Shown one piece after another: positions 18,374 to 28,020 of a DNA stretch of 64,000 nt (its first letter is position 1; every line of letters starts with the position of its first letter). Under the pieces are notes generated by a model. The model did no database searches. It saw only the letters and a program-made list of their open reading frames with translations, and was not told the DNA's origin. The translations under genes and the position numbers were made by a program. Origin of the DNA: an uncultured Candidatus Saccharibacteria bacterium (GTDB lineage Bacteria; Patescibacteriota; Minisyncoccia; Phycocordibacterales; XYD1-FULL-46-19); assembly GCA_964510655.1 (NCBI GenBank), contig CAZEAY010000003.1, forward strand, positions 18,924 to 82,923, given 5' to 3'.

Positions 18374-19360
18374 TTACTTAGTTAAAAAATCTAAAATAGA
18401 GTCTACGGCAGTCTTATTAGTAACAAGCTCAACTCCATGACTATCCCCCGGAACAATCATCAATGCCGATAGCGGCTCCCCAACCATCTCCTGTATTTTT
18501 TTACTCGATTGATAACTATAATCATCATCTTTGGCGGTCAAAAGAAGAAGAAAGGGAGCGGAAGCAAAACGATAAATTTCTTCTCCATCCTGTTTTTGGT
18601 AATATTCAGACTTAATATTGTTGGCTGACAATTCAGTTCCAATGCCCTTAAAATTTAAACCTGGACTAAGAGCAACAACCTTGTCTGGTTTGCCTGAGGG
18701 ATCAATTTTTAGAGGATTAAAATTTGAGGAGCCAGTGGGATTATTTGGGTTATAACCTTTTAGACTGGCCGGATCAGCAGGTTCGGTATGCATGGCTAAA
18801 TCAATAATAGCCAAATTGGCTCCAGTACTAGCCCCAACAATAGACTGCTTGGTTTTACCTTTCTCGGTTAAAAACTTTCTCGCCGCGACCACATCAAAGG
18901 TCATAGCAGGAAAATAATCTTGGTCAGAAAACTCTTTATAATCATAGATTTTTGTTTGACCAGTCGTAATTTCTATCCCAGTTGTACTTTCACCATGACC
19001 ACGTAGATCAACAGCTAAAACCGCAAAACCTCGAGACTGGAGAATTTTAGGAAGTTCACCCCAGGCATCCTTATTCATCCCATTTTGGTGAATCAATAAT
19101 ACCGCCTCGGAACCAGAAGAACCATAATAATCACCAAAAATTTTGACTCCGTCTGTAGTAGAGAAAGAAACCTTTTGTTTTTCTACTAAAAAGTCATTAG
19201 TCTTTTTTCCAATATCCATATTTTTCTGATTAATCGCTTGATTAAAAGAAACTTTTTCGGAAACGTTTTTATTAAAACGAGAAATTGGGTTAAATTTAAA
19301 AAATGACAATAAAACCAAAACAATCACTCCTAAAAATAGCAGAAAAAATATTTTTTTCAT
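18374..19360 (-). CDS. membrane-anchored alpha/beta-hydrolase
   Basis: N-terminal TM, nucleophile elbow GASTGAN, and HGxE/D...H pattern. Start at MKKIFF (ATG 19358-19360). Confidence 0.55.
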   Translation of the reverse strand: MKKIFFLLFLGVIVLVLLSFFKFNPISRFNKNVSEKVSFNQAINQKNMDIGKKTNDFLVEKQKVSFSTTDGVKIFGDYYGSSGSEAVLLIHQNGMNKDAWGELPKILQSRGFAVLAVDLRGHGESTTGIEITTGQTKIYDYKEFSDQDYFPAMTFDVVAARKFLTEKGKTKQSIVGASTGANLAIIDLAMHTEPADPASLKGYNPNNPTGSSNFNPLKIDPSGKPDKVVALSPGLNFKGIGTELSANNIKSEYYQKQDGEEIYRFASAPFLLLLTAKDDDYSYQSSKKIQEMVGEPLSALMIVPGDSHGVELVTNKTAVDSILDFLTK

Positions 19361-19390
19361 TGTAAACATCATACCACAATTCGGTGACAA

Positions 19391-19813
19391 CTAATGTCCA
19401 CTACTTCCAAAACCGCGCTCCCCCCGATGAGTTTCTTCCAATGATTCGCTCTCCTCAATGTCTACCGATAAAAATGGCTGGATTACTATTTGAGCAATTT
19501 TGTCTCCCTTTTTTATTTCTTGGTCTTCCCTGTCTAAGTTAACCAAACAAACCATTATTTCCCCCCGATAGCCAGAGTCCACTACTCCCCCCATAGACTT
19601 AAGCCCTCGTTTAAAAGCAATTCCACTCTTATCCCAAACCAAACCCACACAACCCTCGGGGATAGCCATTTTGATCCCTGTCGGAATAGACACTCGTTCG
19701 CCCGGTCTAAGGACAAAATCACCATAAGAATAGAGATCCAAACCAGCATCACCCTGATAGGCATTTACTGGAAGCTTAGCGTCGGGATGAATTTTTTGAA
19801 TTTTAATTTTCAT
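19391..19813 (-). CDS. dut: dUTP diphosphatase
   Basis: GDAGLDLY, RSGIAFK-like and VVDSGYRGEI dUTPase motifs. Confidence 0.9.
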   Translation of the reverse strand: MKIKIQKIHPDAKLPVNAYQGDAGLDLYSYGDFVLRPGERVSIPTGIKMAIPEGCVGLVWDKSGIAFKRGLKSMGGVVDSGYRGEIMVCLVNLDREDQEIKKGDKIAQIVIQPFLSVDIEESESLEETHRGERGFGSSGH

Positions 19814-20066
19814 TTTCTACCGAATGCAATCCTTTCTGAATAAATTCTACTGCCGCGGCAATGTTTCCCTTGCCAATCAGCGAACGACAGGTACTATCTA
19901 AACTCAGTAAACGTAAATCGGCTGAGTTTTCATCATACCAGGAATCAAAATCCTGAGACAAAGAACTAGTTATTTTTTCTTTTTCGAAAGTTTGTTTTAA
20001 AACCTCCTGATAATTGCGGCTCCACTCTACCAAGGCGGGGTCAACTGATTCTGGTCCTGTTTCCAT
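19803..20066 (-). CDS. hypothetical protein (87 aa)
   Basis: ORF with native composition, 11-nt overlap with the dut start, inside the nucleotide-metabolism operon. Confidence 0.35.
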   Translation of the reverse strand: METGPESVDPALVEWSRNYQEVLKQTFEKEKITSSLSQDFDSWYDENSADLRLLSLDSTCRSLIGKGNIAAAVEFIQKGLHSVENEN

Positions 20067-20121
20067 ATTGTTTTAAGATATTAAATTAATACTAATATTT
20101 TTATTGCCATCCAAAAAATAT

Positions 20122-20403
20122 CTAGACGTCTTCGTGGATTTCTGAATTAGAATTTTTATTTAATTGTTTAAAAATAAGCTCTGCTGATTCTTGATATTGA
20201 CCGTTTAAGGCCAGTTCCCTAATTTCAGAATTGTCTTCTTCAAAAATTATTTTTCTAACCTGTTCGCTATATTCGTCTATCCACTTTAGTTTTTCATTTT
20301 GTGAAGCATCTTTTCCAATCATCTTATTCATAAGTTCCACTTCTAAAGCCAGGCGGTGTTTAAGGTCAATTGATTGATTTACTTCAGGTGATTCAATAGG
20401 CAT
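20122..20403 (-). CDS. hypothetical protein (93 aa)
   Basis: ORF with native composition, ending 2 nt after the glyA stop. No family recognised. Confidence 0.35.
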   Translation of the reverse strand: MPIESPEVNQSIDLKHRLALEVELMNKMIGKDASQNEKLKWIDEYSEQVRKIIFEEDNSEIRELALNGQYQESAELIFKQLNKNSNSEIHEDV

Positions 20404-20404
20404 G

Positions 20405-21577
20405 TTATTTTCTTAATACTCCATCTATCAATTGAGCTAATTTTATCATATCTTTTTCCTTTTTCCCTCGAGTGGTTTCCCCGGCCGTGCCAATACGCAA
20501 ACCAGATGGGTCAAACGGACTACGAGTATCAAAAGGAATAGTGTTCATATTTACAATAATTCCCGCTTTCTCTAACTTACCACTCGCTTCCTTACCACTG
20601 ATCCCCTTCCCCTCCATCCAAGTATCCATTAGAAACAAATGAGAATCTGTTCCTCCAGAAATTATTCTCCAGCCAATTTTTTTTAGTTCAGCCGCTAAGG
20701 TTTTTGTATTAACGATAATTTGTTTGGCGTATTTTTTAAACTCTGGCTTAGTGGCTTCATTTAGAGCGACGGCCACTGCCGCAATTTGATTCATATGGGG
20801 TCCACCCTGCAACCCCGGGAAAATTGCTTTATCAATCTTCTTACCCAATTCCCGTTGATCTATTTTTGAAAAAATTAGAGCCGACCGTGGTCCACGAAGT
20901 GTTTTATGAGTGGTAGTGGTCACAATATCGGCATAAGGAAAGGGCGATGGATAAACACCCCCAGCAATTAGCCCAGCCAGATGAGACATATCTACCATCA
21001 GATACGCCCCTACTGCATCAGCAATCGCCCGAAACTTTTTCCAATCAATCTTTCGGGGATAAGCGGTAAAACCCGCCACAATTATATTTGGTTTTTCCTT
21101 TTTTGCTTGAGTCATTAGAGCGTCATAGTCTAACATTTCGGTTTTTTTATCTACCTCATATAAAACAGATTCCCAAAATTTGCCAGTCGCCGAAACTTTT
21201 TGACCATGAGTCAGATGCCCGCCATGAGGCAAACTCATGCCCATAATTTTCCCACCCAACGGGACCAAGCCCAGATAAACGGCCAAATTGGCTGGTGATC
21301 CAGACAAGGCTTGAACATTCACCTGCCATTTAGCAGGAGATAATTTAAAAGCCTTAAGAGCGCGCTTCTGGCACAATAATTCAACTTTGTCAGTCACTTC
21401 ATTACCGCCATAATAGCGCTTGGCTGGGTACCCTTCAGAATATTTATTGACGAGTTTCGTTCCCAGGGCTTTTAAAACGTCATCGGAAACATAGTTTTCT
21501 GAAGCAATAAGATTTATCACCTTTTTTTGTCGAGCATCCTCAAGTTTAATCAATTTTTCAATTTCTTTGTCTTTCAT
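20405..21577 (-). CDS. glyA: serine hydroxymethyltransferase
   Basis: PLP-lysine block VTTTTHKTLRGPR and the SHMT N-terminal region. Confidence 0.95.
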   Translation of the reverse strand: MKDKEIEKLIKLEDARQKKVINLIASENYVSDDVLKALGTKLVNKYSEGYPAKRYYGGNEVTDKVELLCQKRALKAFKLSPAKWQVNVQALSGSPANLAVYLGLVPLGGKIMGMSLPHGGHLTHGQKVSATGKFWESVLYEVDKKTEMLDYDALMTQAKKEKPNIIVAGFTAYPRKIDWKKFRAIADAVGAYLMVDMSHLAGLIAGGVYPSPFPYADIVTTTTHKTLRGPRSALIFSKIDQRELGKKIDKAIFPGLQGGPHMNQIAAVAVALNEATKPEFKKYAKQIIVNTKTLAAELKKIGWRIISGGTDSHLFLMDTWMEGKGISGKEASGKLEKAGIIVNMNTIPFDTRSPFDPSGLRIGTAGETTRGKKEKDMIKLAQLIDGVLRK

Positions 21578-21581
21578 GTTT

Positions 21582-22271
21582 TTACCTAATTACCTTTTTA
21601 ATTACCTGGTAGACCAACTCATGAATTTTTTCTTTCGGTAAAATATTGCCAGACAAAGAACAATCGATTTTCTTCCAACGATTCCCTTTTTGCACAATCT
21701 CAATAGCGTTGGCCCGAGATTTTTCCAAATGGAGACGATCATTTTCCGCCTGATCTTTTTTTCCTTTTAAATATTTTTTCTTTTTAGCTTGATCTTTTAA
21801 TATTAATAGCTTCTGAGTAATTTCAATGGGGACGTCTAAAAACACAATCAAATTTGGCCTAGGAATATCAAACACTCCATATTCCATTTTATCCAACCAC
21901 CGTAAAAACTCTTTTCTCTTAATAAGATTAGAGATCTTACTCCCCTGATGAATTTGATTAGAACTTACGTAACGATCAGCCAGAACGATATAGCCTTCCG
22001 TAAGCCACTTTTTTATTTCTTTAGACGATTCAAAGCGATCAGCGGCATATAAAACAGAAGCGATATGTGGATCCAGGGCGATAAAATCACCATAATCCCC
22101 CACTAAACACTCTCCGATTAATTTCCCAAAAAAGTTTTTATCATAACGGGGAAAATCGATCTTTTTGACTTTATACCCATCTTTTTTTAAACGCTTCTCA
22201 AGTAATGACGTTTGAGTTGCCTTTCCAGAACCATCAGTACCATCTATTACAATAAATTTTCCCTTAATCAT
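21582..22271 (-). CDS. tmk: thymidylate kinase
   Basis: FIVIDGTDGSGKATQ P-loop and LADRY motif. Confidence 0.85.
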   Translation of the reverse strand: MIKGKFIVIDGTDGSGKATQTSLLEKRLKKDGYKVKKIDFPRYDKNFFGKLIGECLVGDYGDFIALDPHIASVLYAADRFESSKEIKKWLTEGYIVLADRYVSSNQIHQGSKISNLIKRKEFLRWLDKMEYGVFDIPRPNLIVFLDVPIEITQKLLILKDQAKKKKYLKGKKDQAENDRLHLEKSRANAIEIVQKGNRWKKIDCSLSGNILPKEKIHELVYQVIKKVIR

Positions 22272-22277
22272 GTTTAT

Positions 22278-23570
22278 TTATTTCTTCTCTAAAAGAGTTT
22301 GCATACCTCTTCGGACGTCCCAGTCATCTAGAGAACGATCAACATGAACAACTATATCAGGTAATAATTTTTTTAGTTTGTCGGCCATCTTATGCGCAAT
22401 TTTCCGTAGTGTCGGATGAACCATTTTACCAGACCGAAGTTCTATCACATAAACAGCGGCAGGTAGACCATAAGAAACTTTGCAGGTAACATTAAAGCCC
22501 ATCGCAATATAATATTGCAATTCTTCTTTTGTTGCCTTAAGCTTTTTTATCGCCGAAATTTGTTCTCTAATAAGTTTCTCGGCCTCCCCCCTCACCTTAG
22601 CAGGCAACTGTTCCAAATACCATTCATTAAAGCCATATTTGGTGGTAAGTAATGGCATCCGACAAACTCCATTTCGGTGTCTTTGAACATCACGAAAAGA
22701 ACCGAAATCAAGCAAAAACTCAAAAGAAACATTACCTAATTCCGACAAAAAATGCGGCAAACCAATTTTTTGTGGACGTTTTTTAATAACAGTCAGATAT
22801 TTTTTTAATTCTTCTTTTTTAATATTAGTCTTACCAAAAAAATCTCCGGCATAGTTTTTATCCAAAAAGTAATTATATTTTTCCAATAAAAATTTCCGAT
22901 AATTTTCCTGTTCGGGAACAGAAACATGACTAAAGCTTTGTGGATATTTTGTCCTGAGTTCAGCTAAAATTTTCTCTGCCTCCATCCTAATTTCTTTTAA
23001 TGGATGATGTTTTAATAAGACCAATTTATCATGAGCCTGTCTGAGGTTAGTATGCCAACTGTGTTGAGTGGTAATACCAGCCGGGAGAAACCCGCGCAAA
23101 GAATCAAATACTCGTGCCTTGATTGCTCGCCCATACATCCCCTCATCTTCATCAGGTTTCTTGGGGTATTTAGCCATCAAATGTTCCTCCATGGCCGATT
23201 GACTACCGATATAAAACTTCATCCATTTATCCAAAATCCCTTTAGATTCTTTTGTTTTGACCGGATCAATCACGGGCTGTTTAGAATAATCTATATAACG
23301 AGAGCTCGTCTCCTGACCAGAAAAAAGCGGCCAATCTTCAACCGCTTTAGCCGCCAGCATCGAGACACCCTCTAAAAAAATGGTGGTACTTCCACAGTCG
23401 GCAATACTCGCATGACCATAACCAACATAAAATTTTTCCATAAATTTACCGGACCCCGAAGCTCGAACCTTTTGAGCGTGTTCCTCGACACTGGCTCCAC
23501 TACGTGAATACAAGGCTTGCATCATAGCGGTATCTTGAGGACTAAATTCGTCGTAAATAAATACTTTCAT
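22278..23570 (-). CDS. thyX: FAD-dependent thymidylate synthase ThyX, tandem two-domain form
   Basis: The second half has the RHR motif (VQRHRNG). Both halves end with the ThyX C-terminal pattern (R.FLP...T..W.TN.R....L..L...P.KEI..EA..I...L...P and ELRSGKMVHPTLRKIAHKMADKLKKLLP). Confidence 0.7.
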   Translation of the reverse strand: MKVFIYDEFSPQDTAMMQALYSRSGASVEEHAQKVRASGSGKFMEKFYVGYGHASIADCGSTTIFLEGVSMLAAKAVEDWPLFSGQETSSRYIDYSKQPVIDPVKTKESKGILDKWMKFYIGSQSAMEEHLMAKYPKKPDEDEGMYGRAIKARVFDSLRGFLPAGITTQHSWHTNLRQAHDKLVLLKHHPLKEIRMEAEKILAELRTKYPQSFSHVSVPEQENYRKFLLEKYNYFLDKNYAGDFFGKTNIKKEELKKYLTVIKKRPQKIGLPHFLSELGNVSFEFLLDFGSFRDVQRHRNGVCRMPLLTTKYGFNEWYLEQLPAKVRGEAEKLIREQISAIKKLKATKEELQYYIAMGFNVTCKVSYGLPAAVYVIELRSGKMVHPTLRKIAHKMADKLKKLLPDIVVHVDRSLDDWDVRRGMQTLLEKK

Positions 23571-23576
23571 AGAAAA

Positions 23577-24134
23577 CTATTTAGCTAATAAGGAATTAAC
23601 AACTTTATCAACTTGAGAATAAAGAGAATCCAAACCAAAACTATTGTCTATTGTCAAATTGGTTTCTTTCATAACAATCGGAACTTCTCGATCGGCTTCA
23701 GCTTCATGATCAGCTAAAAACTGTTCATAACTCTTATCTTCATCTCCCTCATTTTCCCGACGAGAAACAAGGCGTTCGTAGCGGATTTTTGGGAGAGCAT
23801 CAATTGCGACCAAATAAAAATTTGACATGTCCTTTAAATATTTAATGTCCGCCAAACGTCGAACCCCATCAATGACAACAATCTCGGCTTCCAAATTTTT
23901 TGCATCCCCAACAATTACTCGAGCCAATAAATCTTCCCCAAAAGTCTGACGCAAGACAGTAGAAACCTTTTGCAGGTTTTCTCGATTAATAGGAGTCTCA
24001 ATTCTGGTCAAAACATCGCGCAAAATGGTTGAAAAACGACAATCTTTAGCCTGATATTGGTCTTCAATATATTTCTTCACTGTCCCCTTTCCACTAGCGA
24101 TTGGTCCTACGAGACCAAGAATAATTTTGGCCAT
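23577..24134 (-). CDS. P-loop nucleoside/nucleotide kinase, possibly (d)NMP kinase
   Basis: GLVGPIASGKGT Walker A, ~185 aa, sitting between thyX and dCMP deaminase. Confidence 0.5.
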   Translation of the reverse strand: MAKIILGLVGPIASGKGTVKKYIEDQYQAKDCRFSTILRDVLTRIETPINRENLQKVSTVLRQTFGEDLLARVIVGDAKNLEAEIVVIDGVRRLADIKYLKDMSNFYLVAIDALPKIRYERLVSRRENEGDEDKSYEQFLADHEAEADREVPIVMKETNLTIDNSFGLDSLYSQVDKVVNSLLAK

Positions 24135-24136
24135 TG

Positions 24137-24625
24137 TTATTTTTCTCGAACAAAAGAAGCTGATAAATACTGCCTCATTTTAACTCCCGCTAGTTTTAAT
24201 AGTCGCCGTCCAGACCGAAAGGCTGGCAAGTCAGCATACTTATCACTTTCATAAATCACTTCTTTAATCCCCGTCTGAATAATTGTTTTAGCACACTCAT
24301 TACATGGGAAAAGAGTGCAGTATAGCTTATCACCCTTTGTCTCTCGATTAGAATTATAAATGGCATTTTCTTCCGCATGACAAACATAAGCATACTTTGT
24401 TTTGTCAAAGTCACCCTCTCTTTCCCAAGGAAGTTCATCAGCATTGATTCCTCGCGGCCAACCATTGTAACCCAAACCAACTACCACATTATCAGGAGTA
24501 GCCACCACCGCTCCATTTTGAGTCGAGGGATCCTTAGAGCGCAGAGCGATGACGTGAGCCATCCGCATAAAACATTCATCCCAAGAAATAACATCTGATC
24601 GGGGTTTTATTCTTGTATTTTTCAT
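24137..24625 (-). CDS. dCMP deaminase (ComEB-like)
   Basis: Zinc-binding HAEENAI and PCNECAK motifs. Confidence 0.85.
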   Translation of the reverse strand: MKNTRIKPRSDVISWDECFMRMAHVIALRSKDPSTQNGAVVATPDNVVVGLGYNGWPRGINADELPWEREGDFDKTKYAYVCHAEENAIYNSNRETKGDKLYCTLFPCNECAKTIIQTGIKEVIYESDKYADLPAFRSGRRLLKLAGVKMRQYLSASFVREK

Positions 24626-24715
24626 ATAATTAGTAAAATTATATCTTAACTACCATTAAACAAAAAGTAGCGACAAAAACGATCTTTCGTGTCAAAATTT
24701 AGATTTTTTACACAA

Positions 24716-24745
24716 AAAAACCGCCTTCTTGGCGGTTTTTTGTTG
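24716..24745. terminator. bidirectional terminator downstream of rplK
   Basis: AACCGCCTTCTTGGCGGTT hairpin with T-runs on both strands. Confidence 0.6.
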
Positions 24746-24756
24746 TCTTAGGTTTC

Positions 24757-25179
24757 TTATTTCACCTCTACCCCCATCGATCGAGCAGTGCCTTCAACGG
24801 TCTTCATCGCGGCCTCAACCGAAGCTGCATTTAAATCAGGCATTTTGCGCTCGGCAATTTCTTTCACTTGAGCCTTAGTAATTTTACCAACCTTAGAGGT
24901 TAAGTTTTTACCGGAACCCTTCTCAATTCCCACCGCCTTCATAATCAAGTTAGCCACTGGTGGAGTCTTTAGAATAAAATCAAAGGTGCGATCGGCATAA
25001 ACAGAAATTTCGACAGGAATAATATCCCCCATCATCGAGGCGGTAGCGGCATTGAATTTCTGAACGAAATCACCAATGTTCACTCCAGCCTGACCCAAAG
25101 CAGGACCAATAGGAGGAGCTGGATTAGCCTTACCTCCGGGAATTTGTAATTTAATTTTCTTTTCTACTTTTTTTGCCAT
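24757..25179 (-). CDS. rplK: 50S ribosomal protein L11
   Basis: [26 protein letters not shown] signature. Confidence 0.95.
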   Translation of the reverse strand: MAKKVEKKIKLQIPGGKANPAPPIGPALGQAGVNIGDFVQKFNAATASMMGDIIPVEISVYADRTFDFILKTPPVANLIMKAVGIEKGSGKNLTSKVGKITKAQVKEIAERKMPDLNAASVEAAMKTVEGTARSMGVEVK

Positions 25180-25238
25180 ATTGTTTATTTATTGAATTGC
25201 GGTCCTTAAGAAGCTTCGTCCCGCCCTGATATCCTACC

Positions 25239-25784
25239 TTAGATCTTCTTTACCTGCAAGAAATCTAGCTCTACCGGTGTCTCGCGACCAAACATTGAAA
25301 CCAATACTTTAACCTTGCCTCGCTCATCATCAATTTCATTAACCTTACCCTCAAAATCCTTAAATGGTCCATCGACGATAGTAACAGATTCTCCGGAAGC
25401 CAAATCAATCTTGTGCTTAACGGTATCCTCACCCATTCGTTTGAATAATTCGCGAATTTCCGATTCATCGAGAGGAACTGGGATTACTCCCGCCCCAATA
25501 AATCCCGTTACACGTGGTGTGTTACGGACAACATACCAAGAATCATCGGTAACAATCATATCAACCAACACATAACCGGGATAAATTTTTTCTTCAGTCA
25601 TTACCCGTTTACCGGCTTTAATTTTTACCTTCTTCTCAATCGGAACGATTACATTAAAAATCTTATCCTCCATTCCTAAGGACTCAATACGCTGTTTTAG
25701 GTTTCTAGCTACTGCATTTTCATAGCCCGAATAAGTATGAATTGCATACCAATTTCGGCCCTGATCTAGTTCTTGTCTTGCCAT
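25239..25784 (-). CDS. nusG: transcription termination/antitermination factor NusG
   Basis: WYAIHTYSGYEN NGN domain and a C-terminal KOW (GESVTIVDGPFKDFEGKV). Confidence 0.9.
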   Translation of the reverse strand: MARQELDQGRNWYAIHTYSGYENAVARNLKQRIESLGMEDKIFNVIVPIEKKVKIKAGKRVMTEEKIYPGYVLVDMIVTDDSWYVVRNTPRVTGFIGAGVIPVPLDESEIRELFKRMGEDTVKHKIDLASGESVTIVDGPFKDFEGKVNEIDDERGKVKVLVSMFGRETPVELDFLQVKKI

Positions 25785-25803
25785 AATGTTTTATAACGAG
25801 GAA

Positions 25804-25983
25804 TTAAATGACAAACATTTTTAATAGTGAAGTGAAGATAAAGTCAAAAAAGCCCAACATCACACCCACAAAGACAGCCAGACAAACAACGACAATAGTG
25901 AAATTTATCGTCTGCTGCTTACTTGGCCAAGTAACATGTTTCAACTCTCCTTTAGTGTCTTTAATGTATGTTTCCAAACTCAT
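25804..25983 (-). CDS. secE: preprotein translocase subunit SecE
   Basis: ELKHVTWPSKQQT followed by a single TM, in the conserved secE-nusG-rplK order. ATG at 25981-25983 chosen because the upstream GTG lies inside a hairpin. Confidence 0.7.
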   Translation of the reverse strand: MSLETYIKDTKGELKHVTWPSKQQTINFTIVVVCLAVFVGVMLGFFDFIFTSLLKMFVI

Positions 25984-26098
25984 ATGATTAGTTTTAATTT
26001 TATCTCCTCTAAAAAAAGCCCCGAGGGGCACTTGTTATAATCATAGGCTAAAAGACCTATTTTGTCAATGTGAAAATTATGAATTTATTTAAACCCTT
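25984..26098 (-). promoter_or_regulatory. secE upstream region: sigma70-like promoter followed by a GC hairpin and U-run
   Basis: On the minus strand: TTGACA, 17-nt spacer, TATGAT, then GCCCCTCGGGGC TTTTTTT, about 35 nt before the secE ATG. Confidence 0.35.
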
Positions 26099-27250
26099 TT
26101 ATTTAATAACCTCGGCGATCTTAGACACGATATTTTTATCAAAAGGGTTAGGGAGAACATGTTCAGGACTAAGTTCTTCGACACAGGCCGCCAAACTCTC
26201 GGCCGCCCGCAAAAACATCTCATCAGTAAACTGCTTAATATGATTATCCAGCGCTCCTCGAAAAATGCCGGGAAAAGCTAAGACATTGTTTATTTGGTTA
26301 GGAAAATCTGACCGCCCCGTCGCCACTACAAAGGCCCCGGCCTTTTTTGCTAAGTCAGGCATAATTTCCGGAATAGGGTTAGCTAAAGCAAAAACAATCG
26401 GTCGCTCATTCATCGACCGAACCATATCTTCATCCACCAAATTACCTTTAGAGACTCCGATAAAAATATCTTTCCCCACCATCGCCTCTCTTAGAGTACC
26501 GGCTTCGGCTTGATAATCACCAACTTTCGATTCTAAATATGAAATTAATTTCAATTTTTCCTCATTCAAATCTCCCCTACTTTTACTAATGACTCCACCA
26601 CTATCACACAAGGTAAAAAACTTAAAACCATAGTCTGCCAAAATTTTTACAATCGCTGTCCCGGCAGCTCCCGCCCCATTTATGACAATTTTTGCTTCTT
26701 CTTTCTTTAAACCCCGCAACTTCAGTGAATTGATCAGACCGGCTAAAACAACAGTGGCCGTACCATGTTGATCATCATGCATGACAGGAATATTTAGTTC
26801 AGCCCGCAAACGGTCTTCTATTTCAAAGCAACGAGGCGCCGCAAAATCCTCCAAATTAATTCCTCCAAAAACTGGGGCAATATTTTTTATTGTCTGGATA
26901 ATCTCTTCATTGTTTTGAGTATCTAAACAAAGCGGAAAAGCATCAAGATCAGCAAACTCTTTAAAAAGAATCGCTTTACCCTCCATCACTGGAATCGCCC
27001 CCAAAGGACCAAGATTTCCTAAGCCTAAAACCGCTGAGCCATCAGAAATCACGGCAACCGTATTACTCTTCAAAGTCAGATTATAGGCCTCCTTAGGCTC
27101 GCGAGCGACTAGCTCGCTAGCCGCTCCAACCCCTGGTGTATAAGCCAGAGATAAATCATGCCGGTCTTTAACCAATACTTTGCTTTTTATTTCTAATTTT
27201 CCACGCCTCTCTCGATGTAAATCAATTGATTCTTGTTTAATGTCAGACAT
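26099..27250 (-). CDS. NAD(P)-dependent malic enzyme (short form)
   Basis: Malic-enzyme blocks GNLGPLGAIPVMEGK, FGGINLEDFAAPRCF and NGAGAAGTA. Confidence 0.85.
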   Translation of the reverse strand: MSDIKQESIDLHRERRGKLEIKSKVLVKDRHDLSLAYTPGVGAASELVAREPKEAYNLTLKSNTVAVISDGSAVLGLGNLGPLGAIPVMEGKAILFKEFADLDAFPLCLDTQNNEEIIQTIKNIAPVFGGINLEDFAAPRCFEIEDRLRAELNIPVMHDDQHGTATVVLAGLINSLKLRGLKKEEAKIVINGAGAAGTAIVKILADYGFKFFTLCDSGGVISKSRGDLNEEKLKLISYLESKVGDYQAEAGTLREAMVGKDIFIGVSKGNLVDEDMVRSMNERPIVFALANPIPEIMPDLAKKAGAFVVATGRSDFPNQINNVLAFPGIFRGALDNHIKQFTDEMFLRAAESLAACVEELSPEHVLPNPFDKNIVSKIAEVIK

Positions 27251-27418
27251 AAAAGCTATTTTATCACAAAACTCCTAAGAAACATTGAATAAAGACCATC
27301 AATAACCCGCTCTTTTTGGTGTGGATATCTTCAATGCTTTTAATTAGTGATGATAATATAATTAAATAGGACTGGAGGTTTTACCCTCCACTCCGATCTT
27401 TGACAAGGAGAGAGGACA

Positions 27419-27808
27419 ATGAAAAAGACCAAGGCCGTGGTTGTTGGTGTTTCGGCCCTAAATAAACACCTCCAAGCCCTGCAGGACTCGAGAAACCACG
27501 ATTACGAAAAAAATCGTCAGCGTGGTGAAGTTATCATCCGAGCCGCCACGGGCAATCCCCTCGTCTGGCGAGAACTCAAGGTGAACCAAGAGGCTCTCAC
27601 ACGACTAATCAGGGAGACCGCCAAAAGACGAGTCATCGGACTTTTGAGCTATTTGGAAACGAACAATAACATTCCAGCTGAATACCGCCAAGCGGACAGC
27701 CGTGAGATTTTACATATTATGGAAATGGAGAAACTAACCTATGGTGATGTCGGAAAAACCGAAGCAAGTTTCCTGGCTGTGGTTCGACACAAGATCCACC
27801 ACCAATAA
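27419..27808 (+). CDS. GC-richer hypothetical protein (129 aa) with strong SD
   Basis: AAGGAGAGAGGA just upstream of the ATG, and an ORF visibly more GC-rich than its neighbours. Followed by a 7-bp stem hairpin and T-run (27826-27870). Confidence 0.45.
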   Translation: MKKTKAVVVGVSALNKHLQALQDSRNHDYEKNRQRGEVIIRAATGNPLVWRELKVNQEALTRLIRETAKRRVIGLLSYLETNNNIPAEYRQADSREILHIMEMEKLTYGDVGKTEASFLAVVRHKIHHQ

Positions 27809-27939
27809 CAACCAAACTCCTCTCACCAAATTGCTGGCCCTAATATCCAAAAAGGCCAGCATTTTTTATTTTTATAATTTTATAACTAAGCCTCAATATT
27901 TAGCCACATAAAAACCGGCATTTGCCGGTTTTTATTTTC

Positions 27940-28014
27940 TGGGTGTCCAGAGAGAATCGAACTCTCGTTATCGCTTCCACAAAGCGATGTCCTAACCGCT
28001 GGACGATGGACACC
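27940..28014 (-). tRNA. tRNA-His (anticodon GTG)
   Basis: Cloverleaf with anticodon loop CTTGTGGA and an extra 5' G(-1) opposite the discriminator C. T-loop TTCGATT. Confidence 0.85.
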
Positions 28015-28020
28015 ATATTT

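Noticed and set aside
25984-26031. Long SecE ORF starting at 26031
   Set aside because: Its start is a GTG inside the GC hairpin/terminator. The conserved SecE sequence begins at the ATG at 25981-25983.
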